Shown one piece after another: positions 10,201-20,459 of a stretch of 61,662 nucleotides of DNA (position 1 is its first letter; every line of letters begins with the position of its first letter). Source of the stretch: an uncultured Candidatus Saccharibacteria bacterium (GTDB taxonomy: Bacteria > Patescibacteriota > Saccharimonadia > Saccharimonadales > JACDBH01); contig CAZHAQ010000004.1 of NCBI GenBank assembly GCA_964529785.1, forward strand, positions 1 through 61,662, in the 5' to 3' direction. The notes beneath the pieces were generated by a model. It had not been told where the DNA came from and ran no database searches. It saw only the letters and a program-made list of their open reading frames with translations. A program made the position numbers and the translations under genes.

Positions 10201-11541
10201 GCTTAGAAAATTATTTAGAGCCGTTTTTATGTCTTTGACTTCACTGGTATAAGATTTCTGTTTGTTGTCAGCCGAGCCTCTTGGCGCAATAGCACCATTA
10301 AAGCCTAATTTTATAGCTTCGGCTATACGCTTTTCTGCAAAAGGGACTCGCCTGATCTCACCGCTTAATCCAAGTTCTCCAAAGACTACTGCGTCGTCTT
10401 TGAGCCGCATACCTTTAGCCGCTGAGGCTATAGCCATACATACCGCCAGATCAGCGGCTGGTTCAGAAATTTTCAGTCCGCCCACTATATTTATATAAAT
10501 GTCCTTATCATTTAGCCGCAGCTTTGTACGCTTTTCAAGCATGGCAACAAGTAGGTTTACCCTGTTTATATCTATTCCGCTGGCTGTTCTCTTTGGATAG
10601 CCATATGCTGAAGTGTTAACCAGAGCTTGTACTTCAACAAGAAGCGGTCTCGCTCCCTCCATAGTGGCTAAGACTACCGACCCGTCGCTGACCTGGCGTT
10701 CTTCTAGCAGGGCTGCAGAAGGGTTGTCCACTGCAGTAAGTCCAGTCTGTTTCATCTCAAAAATAGCTGATTCAAAAGTACTTCCAAATCGATTTTTAAC
10801 GCTTCTTAATATCTTAAATCCGCCATAACGGTCCCCCTCCAGCTGCAGTACCACGTCTACTACGTGTTCTAGCACCTTGGGTCCGGCAATAGAGCCCTCC
10901 TTGGTTACGTGTCCAACTAGCAGCAAGGCCGTGCCAGAGGCTTTTGCAGACCTGATGAGCATTTGGGCGCTATTTGTTATTTGGGCAACAGACCCAGCTG
11001 CTGAAGAGACCGAGGAAACGGAAGTGGTCTGAATAGAATCTACAATTACGAGGTCATAACTTTTAGTGGCGATTGTTGCTGCTATATCATCTGCAACCGT
11101 CGATGATACCAGATCCAAATCGGCAGTCTGAGCGCCCAGTCGTGAGGCTCTCATGGCTACCTGTCCAACTGACTCTTCCCCGCTTACATATAGTACTTTG
11201 ACGGATTTAGCTGAACTATGGGCAATTTGCAGCATGAGAGTACTCTTGCCTATGCCTGGCTGCCCGGCAATTAATGTTACGCTGCCGCTTACAAATCCAC
11301 CGCCAAGTACTTGATTAACGGACTCTTCTCCAGAATCTATGCGCTGTTTTGTGTCAGCAGTTGCAGCTTTTTTTATGTGTGAAACTTTTAGGATTTTACC
11401 GCTCGGACTAGACAAGGATTCATTGTCCAGCTGTTCTATGATTGTATTCCACTCTCCGCAAGAACTGCATCTTCCAAGCCAGGAGTTATAAACTGATCCA
11501 CAGTTAGTACATACATATCGGATGCTTCCCTTTTTTGCCAT
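10195..11541 (-). CDS. radA: DNA repair protein RadA/Sms
   Basis: CxxC..CxxC zinc finger, GQPGIGKSTL, KNRFG, Lon-like C-terminus. Confidence 0.97.
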   Translation of the reverse strand: MAKKGSIRYVCTNCGSVYNSWLGRCSSCGEWNTIIEQLDNESLSSPSGKILKVSHIKKAATADTKQRIDSGEESVNQVLGGGFVSGSVTLIAGQPGIGKSTLMLQIAHSSAKSVKVLYVSGEESVGQVAMRASRLGAQTADLDLVSSTVADDIAATIATKSYDLVIVDSIQTTSVSSVSSAAGSVAQITNSAQMLIRSAKASGTALLLVGHVTKEGSIAGPKVLEHVVDVVLQLEGDRYGGFKILRSVKNRFGSTFESAIFEMKQTGLTAVDNPSAALLEERQVSDGSVVLATMEGARPLLVEVQALVNTSAYGYPKRTASGIDINRVNLLVAMLEKRTKLRLNDKDIYINIVGGLKISEPAADLAVCMAIASAAKGMRLKDDAVVFGELGLSGEIRRVPFAEKRIAEAIKLGFNGAIAPRGSADNKQKSYTSEVKDIKTALNNFLSK

Positions 11542-11589
11542 ATGCTACCAGTATACCTGTATTTCAGTTTAATTTTATAGATCTAGTAA

Positions 11590-12567
11590 TTAGTGCTGGT
11601 CAGGCACTACAGTACGGCTATCTATTGCGTCAACAAGCTCAGCTTGCTCGCTGGCAATTGCATTTCGCTGTTGGACTATTCGGTTATGTTCAACAATCAG
11701 GGAGGTTAATTCACGGGTCTGATTATTGTATTGTTCAACCCGCATGTTGTGTTCAGGGACTAGGGCATTAAACTCATCTATTCTACCTTGTCTTTCAAGA
11801 TCGCTCATATTTTGCTTGGACTCCTGGATAGATGCATTTTCTGATTCAAGCCGGCCGCTGAGCTCTTCTATCTCTTCTCGCAAACTTGCTAGCTGAAAAT
11901 CGTAGTCCCTGATAAGATTTCGCCTTTCAACAAAAGCTTGTTCGTATTTTTCAGAATAAGCTACGATTTTTAACCTGTCGTTGAAGTACCTGGCGTAATG
12001 GTTCTCCAGTTCTCTAGATAAACTTCTAACCTCTGTGCCAATAATTGAATGCAGTTCGTTGTTTACAACTAAAGGATCCTGCTTGCGATACTGCTCAATG
12101 GTTTCTTTAATTCTGTCGCTGGTGATATTTTTGTAGGCCTCTTGCAGCAAGCTGTCTATCCTGTTCTTTTCTGCGATACTAAGACGTTCATAGGCGGCGT
12201 GCAGCAGCTCATGAGCTGCAGTTACTTCTTTAATCCCCTGAAGTCGTTCATCGGTAACATCCAGAAGGTAGATACCTCTTTGGCCAGGTAGATAGCATCC
12301 TAATACAATAGAGTGCTGATGTGCTACATCTCGGCAATGCTGATTAAAACTATCTTTATCAGTGATGGTTGGACGGTTAACGAAAAATAGCCGCCGAGTT
12401 TTATCGTTCATAGTTGTATTATCGGCAAGAGAAACTATTTCTGGCGGCGGAGAGTAGTTGCGCAGCTTTGCCCAATCATATATATCTTGACGGTAATAAA
12501 AACCTAATCCAGCTGTAACAAAAACCAGCATGGTTATTAAAAAACCGGTTTTTCTACCTATAGACAT
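11590..12567 (-). CDS. Membrane-anchored protein with HExxH motif and C-terminal coiled coil (putative zinc metallopeptidase)
   Basis: N-terminal TM; AAHELLHAAY; downstream NELHS; heptad-rich C-terminus. Confidence 0.7.
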   Translation of the reverse strand: MSIGRKTGFLITMLVFVTAGLGFYYRQDIYDWAKLRNYSPPPEIVSLADNTTMNDKTRRLFFVNRPTITDKDSFNQHCRDVAHQHSIVLGCYLPGQRGIYLLDVTDERLQGIKEVTAAHELLHAAYERLSIAEKNRIDSLLQEAYKNITSDRIKETIEQYRKQDPLVVNNELHSIIGTEVRSLSRELENHYARYFNDRLKIVAYSEKYEQAFVERRNLIRDYDFQLASLREEIEELSGRLESENASIQESKQNMSDLERQGRIDEFNALVPEHNMRVEQYNNQTRELTSLIVEHNRIVQQRNAIASEQAELVDAIDSRTVVPDQH

Positions 12568-12651
12568 ACTAGTGTAATCCGATCATATTACTTAAATGTT
12601 ACATGAAGCTTTAGCTTATGCAAAATAACTGTTTGTGATTACGGAGCTTTA

Positions 12652-15153
12652 TTATTTGTGAACTTTTTCTTCTTTTAGGCTAAAAGTGAGACCTTTTTTA
12701 TTGGCGCTGACAGCGATTACATCGCCCTTCTGGTATTCTTCATCAAGAAGTCCTTCCGCAATATGGTCTTCAATTTCATCTTGAATTAATCTTCTCATTG
12801 GACGGACACCATTTTTAGCGTCATATCCTTTTTGAAGCATGAATTTTTTAGCATTATTGTTTACAGTTAGTCCAATGCCTTTACCGACTAGTCTTTTTCT
12901 CAATTCGTCAATCTGTAGGTCCATAATGCTTAATGCATCCTTCTTAGTTAAAGCTCTAAATACAATTGTTTTGTCAATTCTGTTTAGCAGCTCAGGGCGC
13001 ATTAATTTTTTAAGTTCATCAAGTACCTTATGCTTGTTTTCTTCGTGAAGATCGTCTAAGTCTTCAATATCTTTTTTACCGATCGCCGAGAATCCAAAAC
13101 TAGCTTCTTTTTGCAGTTTATCTGCGCCAACGTTACTTGTCATGATGACTATAGTATTTGTGAAATCAATGGCGCGGCCTTTAGCGTCAGTTACCCGGCC
13201 ATCTTCTAACAGCTGTAATAGCATGTTGAAAACATCTGGATGTGCTTTTTCTATCTCATCAAATAGTACAACGCTATAGGGCTGGCGTCGTATCTTGTCG
13301 GTTAATTGTCCGCCGTCGTCGTAGCCAACATAGCCTGCAGGCGCACCAACAAGACGCGATACATTATGATGTTCGCCGAATTCACTCATGTCAATCTTAA
13401 TTAGTGATGATTCTGAGCCGAAAAACTCTCTGGCAAGGACTCTGGCAAGCTCAGTTTTACCCACTCCAGTAGGCCCTAAGAAAATGAATGAACCGATTGG
13501 CCTGGTGGTCTGGCCGATGCCTACCCGGTTTCTTCTGACTGCCTTAGCTAAAGCTGTTACGGCTTCGTCTTGGCCGATAATATATTTACCTAAGTTTGAC
13601 TCCAAATTGCGCAAGTATTTAGCTTCAGACCTGATAACTTTATTAACAGGTACGCCTGTCATACGGGCTACTACATCTGCAATATCTTCACTGGACAGCT
13701 TCAGCCGCTTTCCGCCTTTTGTTTTTTCCAAGATCTTATCGATTTCAGAATGTATCTGGGAAGCTCGCTGCTTATATTCAGCTGCTTTCTGATATTCTTC
13801 AGCATCAACAGCATCATCTATCCTCACATTTAGCAGCTTTAATTCTTTCTGTAGCTTTCTAATCTCTGGAGGGGTTCTGCCTTTACTTACCCTTAGGTTA
13901 GCTGCCGCTTCATCCAGTAGGTCAATTGCCTTGTCTGGCATAAATCTGTCATTAACGTATCTTTTGGCTAAATTGACGGTATCCTGCAAGACTTCATCGC
14001 CAATTACAACTCCATGGAACTCTTCATAATGCTTGCGTAATCCTTTTAAGATAGCTAGCGTTTCCGGTACTGTAGTTTCCGGTACCTGAACTGGCTGGAA
14101 GCGTCGTTCTAGGGCTGTGTCTTTTTCTATATATTTCGTATATTCATTGGTTGTTGTAGCCCCAATCAGCTGTATCTTTCCTCTAGCAAGTGCTGGCTTT
14201 AATATATTACCGGCGTCCATGGAGCCTTCAGCGGATCCTGCTCCTACTATTAGGTGAAGCTCATCAATAAAGACAATAGTTTTTTTATCATCTTCCACTT
14301 CGCTCATAACTTTTTTTAGCCGCTCTTCAAACTCACCGCGATATTTCGTACCAGCAATCATGCCGGCTAAATCAAGCATTATTATTTTTTTGTCCAGCAG
14401 CGAATCTGGAACGTCTTCGGAAACTATTCTCTGGGCCAGGCCTTCTACAATGGCAGTTTTACCAACACCCGGCTCGCCAATTAAAACCGGGTTATTCTTT
14501 GTGCGTCTGTTCAGAATGGTGATAACCCGCTTAATCTGCGGATCGCGTCCCACTACAGGATCAAGTTTTCCAGTTCTAGCTTGAGCAGTTATATCACTGC
14601 CGTAGGTATCAAGAGCGGTTTTACCACGTGGTTTTTTAGACCGCCGACGAGACGATGCGCCTGATCCGGAATCACTAGAATCATTATACTGTTGTCTGTT
14701 AAGGAATTGCTCCAGCTCACTTATAATGCTGTCTGTATTGACATTTAAATCTCTTAACAGGGTGCTAGCTCGGGCATTTTTCTGGCTTAAGATACTGTAT
14801 AAAATATGCTCTGTACCGCAGAATTCCTGGTTAAATTCCTGGGCAAGCTCATAGGCCATTCTAAGCGTCAGTTTAGCGGCTTCACTTAAACCTTTGGCGC
14901 CCATGTTGATAGTAATAGAGTTAGGCGCGAGATTTAAGGCTACTCTTGCGCGTTCTAGTGTTATGCCTGATCCCTCCAGGACTTTAGCGCCCAATGAGCT
15001 GTCCTGGGCCAATACGCCAAGCAATAAATGTTCAGTACCGATATACGGGCTATTAAAACTTCTAGCAATACCGTCTGCATGCTTTAGGCTTTGCAGCGCA
15101 TTATCGGTTAAATGATTCAAAAATTCTTGGAAATCTGGTGATTGAGGCATCAT
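12652..15153 (-). CDS. clpC: ATP-dependent Clp protease ATPase subunit ClpC
   Basis: Two Clp-N repeats, GEPGVGKT and GPTGVGKT Walker A motifs, short UVR-like middle domain, SFGF ClpP-docking loop. Confidence 0.93.
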   Translation of the reverse strand: MMPQSPDFQEFLNHLTDNALQSLKHADGIARSFNSPYIGTEHLLLGVLAQDSSLGAKVLEGSGITLERARVALNLAPNSITINMGAKGLSEAAKLTLRMAYELAQEFNQEFCGTEHILYSILSQKNARASTLLRDLNVNTDSIISELEQFLNRQQYNDSSDSGSGASSRRRSKKPRGKTALDTYGSDITAQARTGKLDPVVGRDPQIKRVITILNRRTKNNPVLIGEPGVGKTAIVEGLAQRIVSEDVPDSLLDKKIIMLDLAGMIAGTKYRGEFEERLKKVMSEVEDDKKTIVFIDELHLIVGAGSAEGSMDAGNILKPALARGKIQLIGATTTNEYTKYIEKDTALERRFQPVQVPETTVPETLAILKGLRKHYEEFHGVVIGDEVLQDTVNLAKRYVNDRFMPDKAIDLLDEAAANLRVSKGRTPPEIRKLQKELKLLNVRIDDAVDAEEYQKAAEYKQRASQIHSEIDKILEKTKGGKRLKLSSEDIADVVARMTGVPVNKVIRSEAKYLRNLESNLGKYIIGQDEAVTALAKAVRRNRVGIGQTTRPIGSFIFLGPTGVGKTELARVLAREFFGSESSLIKIDMSEFGEHHNVSRLVGAPAGYVGYDDGGQLTDKIRRQPYSVVLFDEIEKAHPDVFNMLLQLLEDGRVTDAKGRAIDFTNTIVIMTSNVGADKLQKEASFGFSAIGKKDIEDLDDLHEENKHKVLDELKKLMRPELLNRIDKTIVFRALTKKDALSIMDLQIDELRKRLVGKGIGLTVNNNAKKFMLQKGYDAKNGVRPMRRLIQDEIEDHIAEGLLDEEYQKGDVIAVSANKKGLTFSLKEEKVHK

Positions 15154-15212
15154 ATAAATTCCTACCCTTGCTAGCGATAGTTTAAATAATCGCTAGATTC
15201 ATTGTAGCAGAA

Positions 15213-15239
15213 TTAGCACTCATAGTGCAAGAGTGCTAA
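15213..15239. promoter_or_regulatory. CIRCE operator (HrcA site) upstream of clpC
   Basis: TTAGCACTC-atagtgcaa-GAGTGCTAA, exact consensus with 9-nt spacer, 60 bp before the clpC start. Confidence 0.95.
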
Positions 15240-15264
15240 CTGCTAATTTAGAATTTATATTTTT

Positions 15265-16419
15265 TTACTGGCCGTGTTCTTCTATCGCCTCTAGAAGACT
15301 GCTTTCAAGCTGATCTTTGCGCTTTAGTTTTTGAACCGGTTTTACGGCTTCTATATTTGCTTCGTTTGCTGATTCGGAAGACTTGTCAGCAGAAATATCA
15401 ATATCGTAACCAGTCAACTTGCTAGCCAGTCTGACATTCTGGCCGTTTTTGCCGATGGCAATACTTAACTGATCTTCGTCAACTGAAACTTTAGCTTTCT
15501 TAGCAGCTTCGTCAATCTGTACTTCATTTACTTTGGTTGGGCTAAGGGCATTGTTAATGAAAGTTTTTAAATCTTCATCCCAGACTACTATGTCAATTTT
15601 TTCCTGCTCCCCAACTTCGCTCATTACGGCATTAACTCGTGTACCGTGTCCGCCAACGAATGTGCCTACTGGATCTACACCCTGTACGCTGGAAGCAACT
15701 GCAATCTTGCTTCTTACGCCTGATTCACGGGCTATACCCTTGATACTGACGGCGCCAGATTCCATTTCCGGAACTTCGCCTCTAAATAACCATTCAATAA
15801 ACTCTGCGCTTCCTCTTGATACAACTAGCTGCGGTCCCCTGAAGCCTCTTTCAATGTCTTTCAAATATACTTTAAGACGCTGTCCAGGATAGTATCTTTC
15901 GCCTTGGATCTGCTCGCTTCTTGGCATGATAGCTTGCGCCTTTCCAAGCTCCATTCTAACTATGTTGCCTTCAACGCGGGCTACTATACCATTTACGACT
16001 GTGCCTATCTTGTCTTCAAATTCGGCCATTACTATTTCTCGCTCAGCTTCTCTTAACCTTTGCAGGATAACCTGCTTAGCGGTCTGGGCGGCAACTCTAC
16101 CGAAGCTTTCAATCTTCTGGTGTACTTCAACTATTTCGCCGATTTCAGCATCTTTATTTATCTTTTTCGCGTCGCTTAGGCTGATTTCTATATATTCATC
16201 TTCAACTTTATCTACAACCGTTTTTGAAATGTAAGCGTCCACTTCCCCGCTATCGATATCCATAGTCACTCGGACATCTTGTTCGCGGTCTCCGTAGTCT
16301 CTCCTGTAAGCGGCCGCTAAGGCTTGCTCTACTACTTCCTGAACTATGTTTTCAGAAAGATTTTTTTCTTCAGCAATAGCCTTAATAGCTGTTGCTAGCT
16401 GCTTTAGATCAAAATTCAT
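15265..16419 (-). CDS. nusA: Transcription termination/antitermination factor NusA
   Basis: FGRVAAQTAKQVILQRLREAER, S1 and two KH domains, AIGKNGQNVRLASKLTG. Confidence 0.97.
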   Translation of the reverse strand: MNFDLKQLATAIKAIAEEKNLSENIVQEVVEQALAAAYRRDYGDREQDVRVTMDIDSGEVDAYISKTVVDKVEDEYIEISLSDAKKINKDAEIGEIVEVHQKIESFGRVAAQTAKQVILQRLREAEREIVMAEFEDKIGTVVNGIVARVEGNIVRMELGKAQAIMPRSEQIQGERYYPGQRLKVYLKDIERGFRGPQLVVSRGSAEFIEWLFRGEVPEMESGAVSIKGIARESGVRSKIAVASSVQGVDPVGTFVGGHGTRVNAVMSEVGEQEKIDIVVWDEDLKTFINNALSPTKVNEVQIDEAAKKAKVSVDEDQLSIAIGKNGQNVRLASKLTGYDIDISADKSSESANEANIEAVKPVQKLKRKDQLESSLLEAIEEHGQ

Positions 16420-16481
16420 TTTTTATACCTTTCTTTTGTTTAGTAAAAAATAAGATTTGCAGTATATGTAGTGCTGGGATT

Positions 16482-16505
16482 AAAAAACCCGACCATCTGG
16501 CCGGG
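16482..16505 (-). terminator. Intrinsic terminator in the nusA 5' leader (attenuator)
   Basis: Minus strand CCCGGCC-AGAT-GGTCGGG-TTTTTT, just downstream of the promoter at 16520-16548. Confidence 0.7.
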
Positions 16506-16519
16506 ATTACTACAACTAA

Positions 16520-16548
16520 ATAATATCACTGATGCATTTGTTTGTAAA
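16520..16548 (-). promoter_or_regulatory. Sigma70 promoter for nusA
   Basis: TTTACA-17 nt-TATTAT with TG extension on the minus strand. Confidence 0.6.
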
Positions 16549-16567
16549 TAAGAATGGCTTATTAAGT

Positions 16568-16597
16568 AAAATGGACTAGCTTTTACTAGTCCATTTA
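16568..16597. terminator. Stem-loop terminator
   Basis: aaatggactag / ctagtccattt inverted repeat with T-rich tails on both strands. Confidence 0.7.
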
Positions 16598-16609
16598 TTT
16601 TTTTGAATA

Positions 16610-16657
16610 CTAACGTATTAATTGCCGATTTTCTCGGTCTTTTTGCCAGCCGTACAT
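16610..16657 (-). CDS. Candidate 15-aa peptide MYGWQKDRENRQLIR
   Basis: ATG preceded by AAAAAGGTA, A-rich leader, upstream TTGTAT-18-TAAACT promoter, downstream terminator. Confidence 0.35.
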   Translation of the reverse strand: MYGWQKDRENRQLIR

Positions 16658-16741
16658 ATTGTATTTACCTTTTTCTTTTTTTTGTTTTTTTGTAGGTACT
16701 TATAGTTTAGCAAAGTCAGCCGGGCTGATACAATAGTAATT

Positions 16742-19288
16742 ATGAAAAAGACCGTTACTCATTTACTAGACAGTTTTAAACCTGAAAATTATCAGTTAAC
16801 TTTAGAAATACTACCGAAAAAAAATAAATTCGTAGGTACGGTGTTTATACGCGGACGAAAGGTTGGCCGGCCAAGTAAAAGAATTACATTTCATCAGAAA
16901 AATTTAAAGATCACAGAAGCTGCTATTGTTCATCATTCTAGAAGTGGAGAAGAAGAAATTGAGGTCCAGCGGATAAATCTGCAAAAATCTTTTGATGAGG
17001 TACGGCTGCACACAAGCAAGACGCTGCACAGCGGCAGCTACACAGTTCAAATGAAGTTTAGTGGCGATATCACTGATCCAATGAATGGTCTTTATCCATG
17101 CTACTTTAATCATGATCAGCAACAGAAGAAGTTATTTGCTACGCAGTTTGAAAGCCACCATGCCCGCGAAGTTTTCCCGAGTATTGATGAGCCGGCAGCT
17201 AAGGCTACATTTGATCTGACGCTAATAACTCCGGACGATGAGGGCACTGTTCTTGCTAACACGCCAGTACTGGAGCAATTTGTTTCTGAAGGCAGAAAGC
17301 AAACAACCTTTGAAACGACTCCAATTATGAGCACCTACTTGCTGGCTTTTGTTTATGGAGAGATTGGCTACAAAGAAGCTGCGACTAATAGAGGAACTAA
17401 AGTGCGTACTTACGCCACTCCCGACAATGTGAAATTTACTGATTTTGCTTTAGAGACCGGCGTAAAAATTTTAGAATTCTACGAAGATTATTTTGATATT
17501 CCTTATCCGCTGGAAAAATGCGACATGATAGCACTGCCTGACTTTGCTAGCGGAGCAATGGAAAACTGGGGGTTGATTACTTATAGAGAGCAATGCATGT
17601 TGGTAGACCCAGATAATACCAGCCTGCCAACCAAGCAGTACGTTGCCATGGTGGTAGCTCATGAGCTTGCCCATCAGTGGTTCGGCAATTTAGTTACTAT
17701 GGAGTGGTGGACTGATCTATGGTTAAACGAAGGTTTTGCTTCCTGGATTGAGTATCTAGCTGTTGATCACCTATTCCCTGACTGGGACATGTGGACGCAA
17801 TTTATAGCTGGTGAGCAGCAGTCGGCTCTTAAGCTTGACTCCCTGGACAATACTCATCCTATTGAAGTCCCTATTAATCATCCGGATGAAATTAGAAGTA
17901 TCTTTGACGCGATAAGTTACAACAAAGGTGCAAGCGTTATACATATGCTGCATGGCTATTTGGGTGAAAAGGATTTTAGGAATGGGTTGCGGCATTATTT
18001 AAACCAGCATGCCTATAAAAATACCAGTACCAATGATTTGTGGAGCTCACTTGAAAAGATTTCTGGCAAACCGGTTAAAAAATTCATGCATGCCTGGACT
18101 TCACTACCGGGCTTCCCACTAGTTAAGGTTGAGACTGCTGGTAAAGATATTTCTTTAAAACAAGAACGTTTCTATATGCAAAAGCCGGCCAAGGCTAAGA
18201 CTTTGAAATGGCCTGTACCACTAATGAGCAGTAAAGATATGCCGGAGAGACTAGATAATTTGGAACTAACTGTAAAAAATATTAGTTCCGCTGACGGCTT
18301 GATGATAAACACTGGCAGAAATGGATTTTACAGGAGCTTGTATTCTGCTGACTTAAACTCTCTAGTAGCAGCAAGAATAAATAAATTAAAACCCTTGGAC
18401 AGGCTCGGTATACTGGCTGACTCATTTGAAACAGCTAAGGCGGGCTATGGAACGGCCGTCGAGTCGTTTAAGCTGCTTGAAAAATATAGCCAAGAAGATA
18501 ATGCAGCCGTGTGGGATATCATTGCCGCCAATATCGGAGAGACTCGTCGGGTCATGGACGATGAAAAAGTACGAGAATCTATTAAGCCATTAATAATAAA
18601 CTTAACATCCAGCCAGATAGACAGGCTTGGAACTTCAGAAAAAAAATCCGATACACATTTTGATAAATTACTTCGCCCAACCGTGCTAGGTTTAGCTGCA
18701 AGTGCCGATCATCCAGAAATTGTTAAATGGTGTATAGATAGCTTCAATAACCTCAAGTCAAGCGAAGATATACATGCAGATTTGCGCAGCGTTATATTCA
18801 ATACTGCTGCTCGTCATGGGGATGAGAAAGTTTATAAAAAGCTTCTAAGTCTTCATGACGCTACGGACCTGAGCGAGGAACGCACTACATTAGCAGCTGC
18901 AATGACTTCCTTTGAGCAGCCTAAATTAATTGAAAAAGCCCTGTCTCTAGTAGTGACTGACAAGGTACGTCGTCAAGATGCCATGTACTGGGTGGCCTAC
19001 AGTTTTATGAATAGGCATGCTAAAAAAGCGACTTGGGAATGGATGAAAGATAATTGGGGCTGGCTTAAAAAAGAACTTGGAAGTGATTTAAGCTTCTACA
19101 GAACACCCATATATGCGGCAAGAAGTTTTAGCGATAAATCGTTTCTTAGCGAGTTCAATACATTCTTTAAGTCAAAGAGCTCACCATCACTTGAAAGAAG
19201 TATTAAACAAGGTGAGGAAATTCTTAACTGGCAGATTGCTTGGCGGGATCGCGATCTTGAGTTATTGCAGCGGCATTTAGCAAATTAG
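16742..19288 (+). CDS. pepN: M1 family aminopeptidase N
   Basis: GAMENWG, HELAHQWFG..NEGFA zinc motif, ERAP1-like C-terminus. Confidence 0.95.
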   Translation: MKKTVTHLLDSFKPENYQLTLEILPKKNKFVGTVFIRGRKVGRPSKRITFHQKNLKITEAAIVHHSRSGEEEIEVQRINLQKSFDEVRLHTSKTLHSGSYTVQMKFSGDITDPMNGLYPCYFNHDQQQKKLFATQFESHHAREVFPSIDEPAAKATFDLTLITPDDEGTVLANTPVLEQFVSEGRKQTTFETTPIMSTYLLAFVYGEIGYKEAATNRGTKVRTYATPDNVKFTDFALETGVKILEFYEDYFDIPYPLEKCDMIALPDFASGAMENWGLITYREQCMLVDPDNTSLPTKQYVAMVVAHELAHQWFGNLVTMEWWTDLWLNEGFASWIEYLAVDHLFPDWDMWTQFIAGEQQSALKLDSLDNTHPIEVPINHPDEIRSIFDAISYNKGASVIHMLHGYLGEKDFRNGLRHYLNQHAYKNTSTNDLWSSLEKISGKPVKKFMHAWTSLPGFPLVKVETAGKDISLKQERFYMQKPAKAKTLKWPVPLMSSKDMPERLDNLELTVKNISSADGLMINTGRNGFYRSLYSADLNSLVAARINKLKPLDRLGILADSFETAKAGYGTAVESFKLLEKYSQEDNAAVWDIIAANIGETRRVMDDEKVRESIKPLIINLTSSQIDRLGTSEKKSDTHFDKLLRPTVLGLAASADHPEIVKWCIDSFNNLKSSEDIHADLRSVIFNTAARHGDEKVYKKLLSLHDATDLSEERTTLAAAMTSFEQPKLIEKALSLVVTDKVRRQDAMYWVAYSFMNRHAKKATWEWMKDNWGWLKKELGSDLSFYRTPIYAARSFSDKSFLSEFNTFFKSKSSPSLERSIKQGEEILNWQIAWRDRDLELLQRHLAN

Positions 19289-19297
19289 TAGGGCGAG

Positions 19298-19864
19298 TTA
19301 TGCCAAGGCTTTTATCGGTGCAAATGACATGCGGTGTATATCACTGGCGCCATATTTATCTAGCATTTCACGATGCAGTTTAGTCCCATACCCTAAATGC
19401 CTGTCAAAATAATACTTGCTATATTCGCTAGTTAAATTTTCCATATAGCTATCTCTTGTTACTTTTGCATAGATACTGGCAGCACTTACAATTGGGTGGC
19501 TGTCGTCGGCTTTTATGACAGTTTGGACATTTATATACTTAGTATCGCAATAGTTTATGCTGCCATCAAAAATTATAGTATCTTCGTTAGTCGCGCCAAT
19601 ACTTTCTAGTGCTCGGCTAGTGGCCAGTCTCATAGCGTTGCTTAAACCAATTTGATCAATTTCATGCGGATAAACCCAGCCTTCTCCAAGCTGGCATGAT
19701 ATTTCTATGTCATATTTCAGTAGTTGCCGTCGTTTTTTGCTAAGTTTTTTAGAATCTTTTAAACCGTTTGGCAAATTAGATATTGCTCTTGCTGCCACCA
19801 CTAAAAGTGGCCCTGCCCAGCAACCCCTGCCTACTTCGTCAATTCCTATTATGTCTTTTGTCAT
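19298..19864 (-). CDS. rnhB: Ribonuclease HII
   Basis: GIDEVGRG, DSKKL, AASIYAKVTRD, GYGT. Confidence 0.96.
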   Translation of the reverse strand: MTKDIIGIDEVGRGCWAGPLLVVAARAISNLPNGLKDSKKLSKKRRQLLKYDIEISCQLGEGWVYPHEIDQIGLSNAMRLATSRALESIGATNEDTIIFDGSINYCDTKYINVQTVIKADDSHPIVSAASIYAKVTRDSYMENLTSEYSKYYFDRHLGYGTKLHREMLDKYGASDIHRMSFAPIKALA

Positions 19865-19880
19865 TATTGTTCAGGATATC

Positions 19881-19913
19881 AAAAAACCGCCGTTTTATTT
19901 AGGCGGTTTTTTT
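19881..19913. terminator. Intrinsic terminator after rplS
   Basis: aaaaaaccgcc-gttttattta-ggcggttttttt. Confidence 0.85.
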
Positions 19914-19921
19914 AGTTTGAT

Positions 19922-20350
19922 TTATTTTGTTTCTTCAGGAGTTTCCGTTTTCTCTTCTTTTGCTACTGGAGCTTCTTCTACAGTGTTTACAGCCTCTTTG
20001 TCAAAAGCGAGACCTGTTAGACGGGCTGACTTGCCTCGTCTGTCTCGCATATAGCTCAAATAATTACGGCGAACTTTTGATCTTTTAGTAACCTCAAGCT
20101 TTACAACAAGTGGTGAATGAATCAAATAAGTTTTTTCTACGCCAATTCCACTTGCGATTCGGCGAACAGTAATACTGCTAGTATGAGAATCCTTGCGATC
20201 CGTACGGATCACTAGACCTTCAAATACCTGAATACGTTCTTTGTTTCCTTCTTTAATTTTCTGATGGACACGGACAGTATCACCAGAACGTACATCTACT
20301 ACCTGGTACTTCTTCTGCGCATCTTTAAGGGATTTAATAGCTGATTGCAT
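19922..20350 (-). CDS. rplS: 50S ribosomal protein L19
   Basis: GDTVRVHQKIKEGNKERIQVFEG, KVRRNYLSYMRDRRGKSAR. Confidence 0.97.
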   Translation of the reverse strand: MQSAIKSLKDAQKKYQVVDVRSGDTVRVHQKIKEGNKERIQVFEGLVIRTDRKDSHTSSITVRRIASGIGVEKTYLIHSPLVVKLEVTKRSKVRRNYLSYMRDRRGKSARLTGLAFDKEAVNTVEEAPVAKEEKTETPEETK

Positions 20351-20459
20351 AACTGTTCAATACTACACTATTTTACTCTTTTAGGCAAGAGATTAATGAC
20401 TTCTAATTGTTGTTAACTTGAAATGTAAAATGCAAGCAAAAAAGTTTACAATAATTAGC

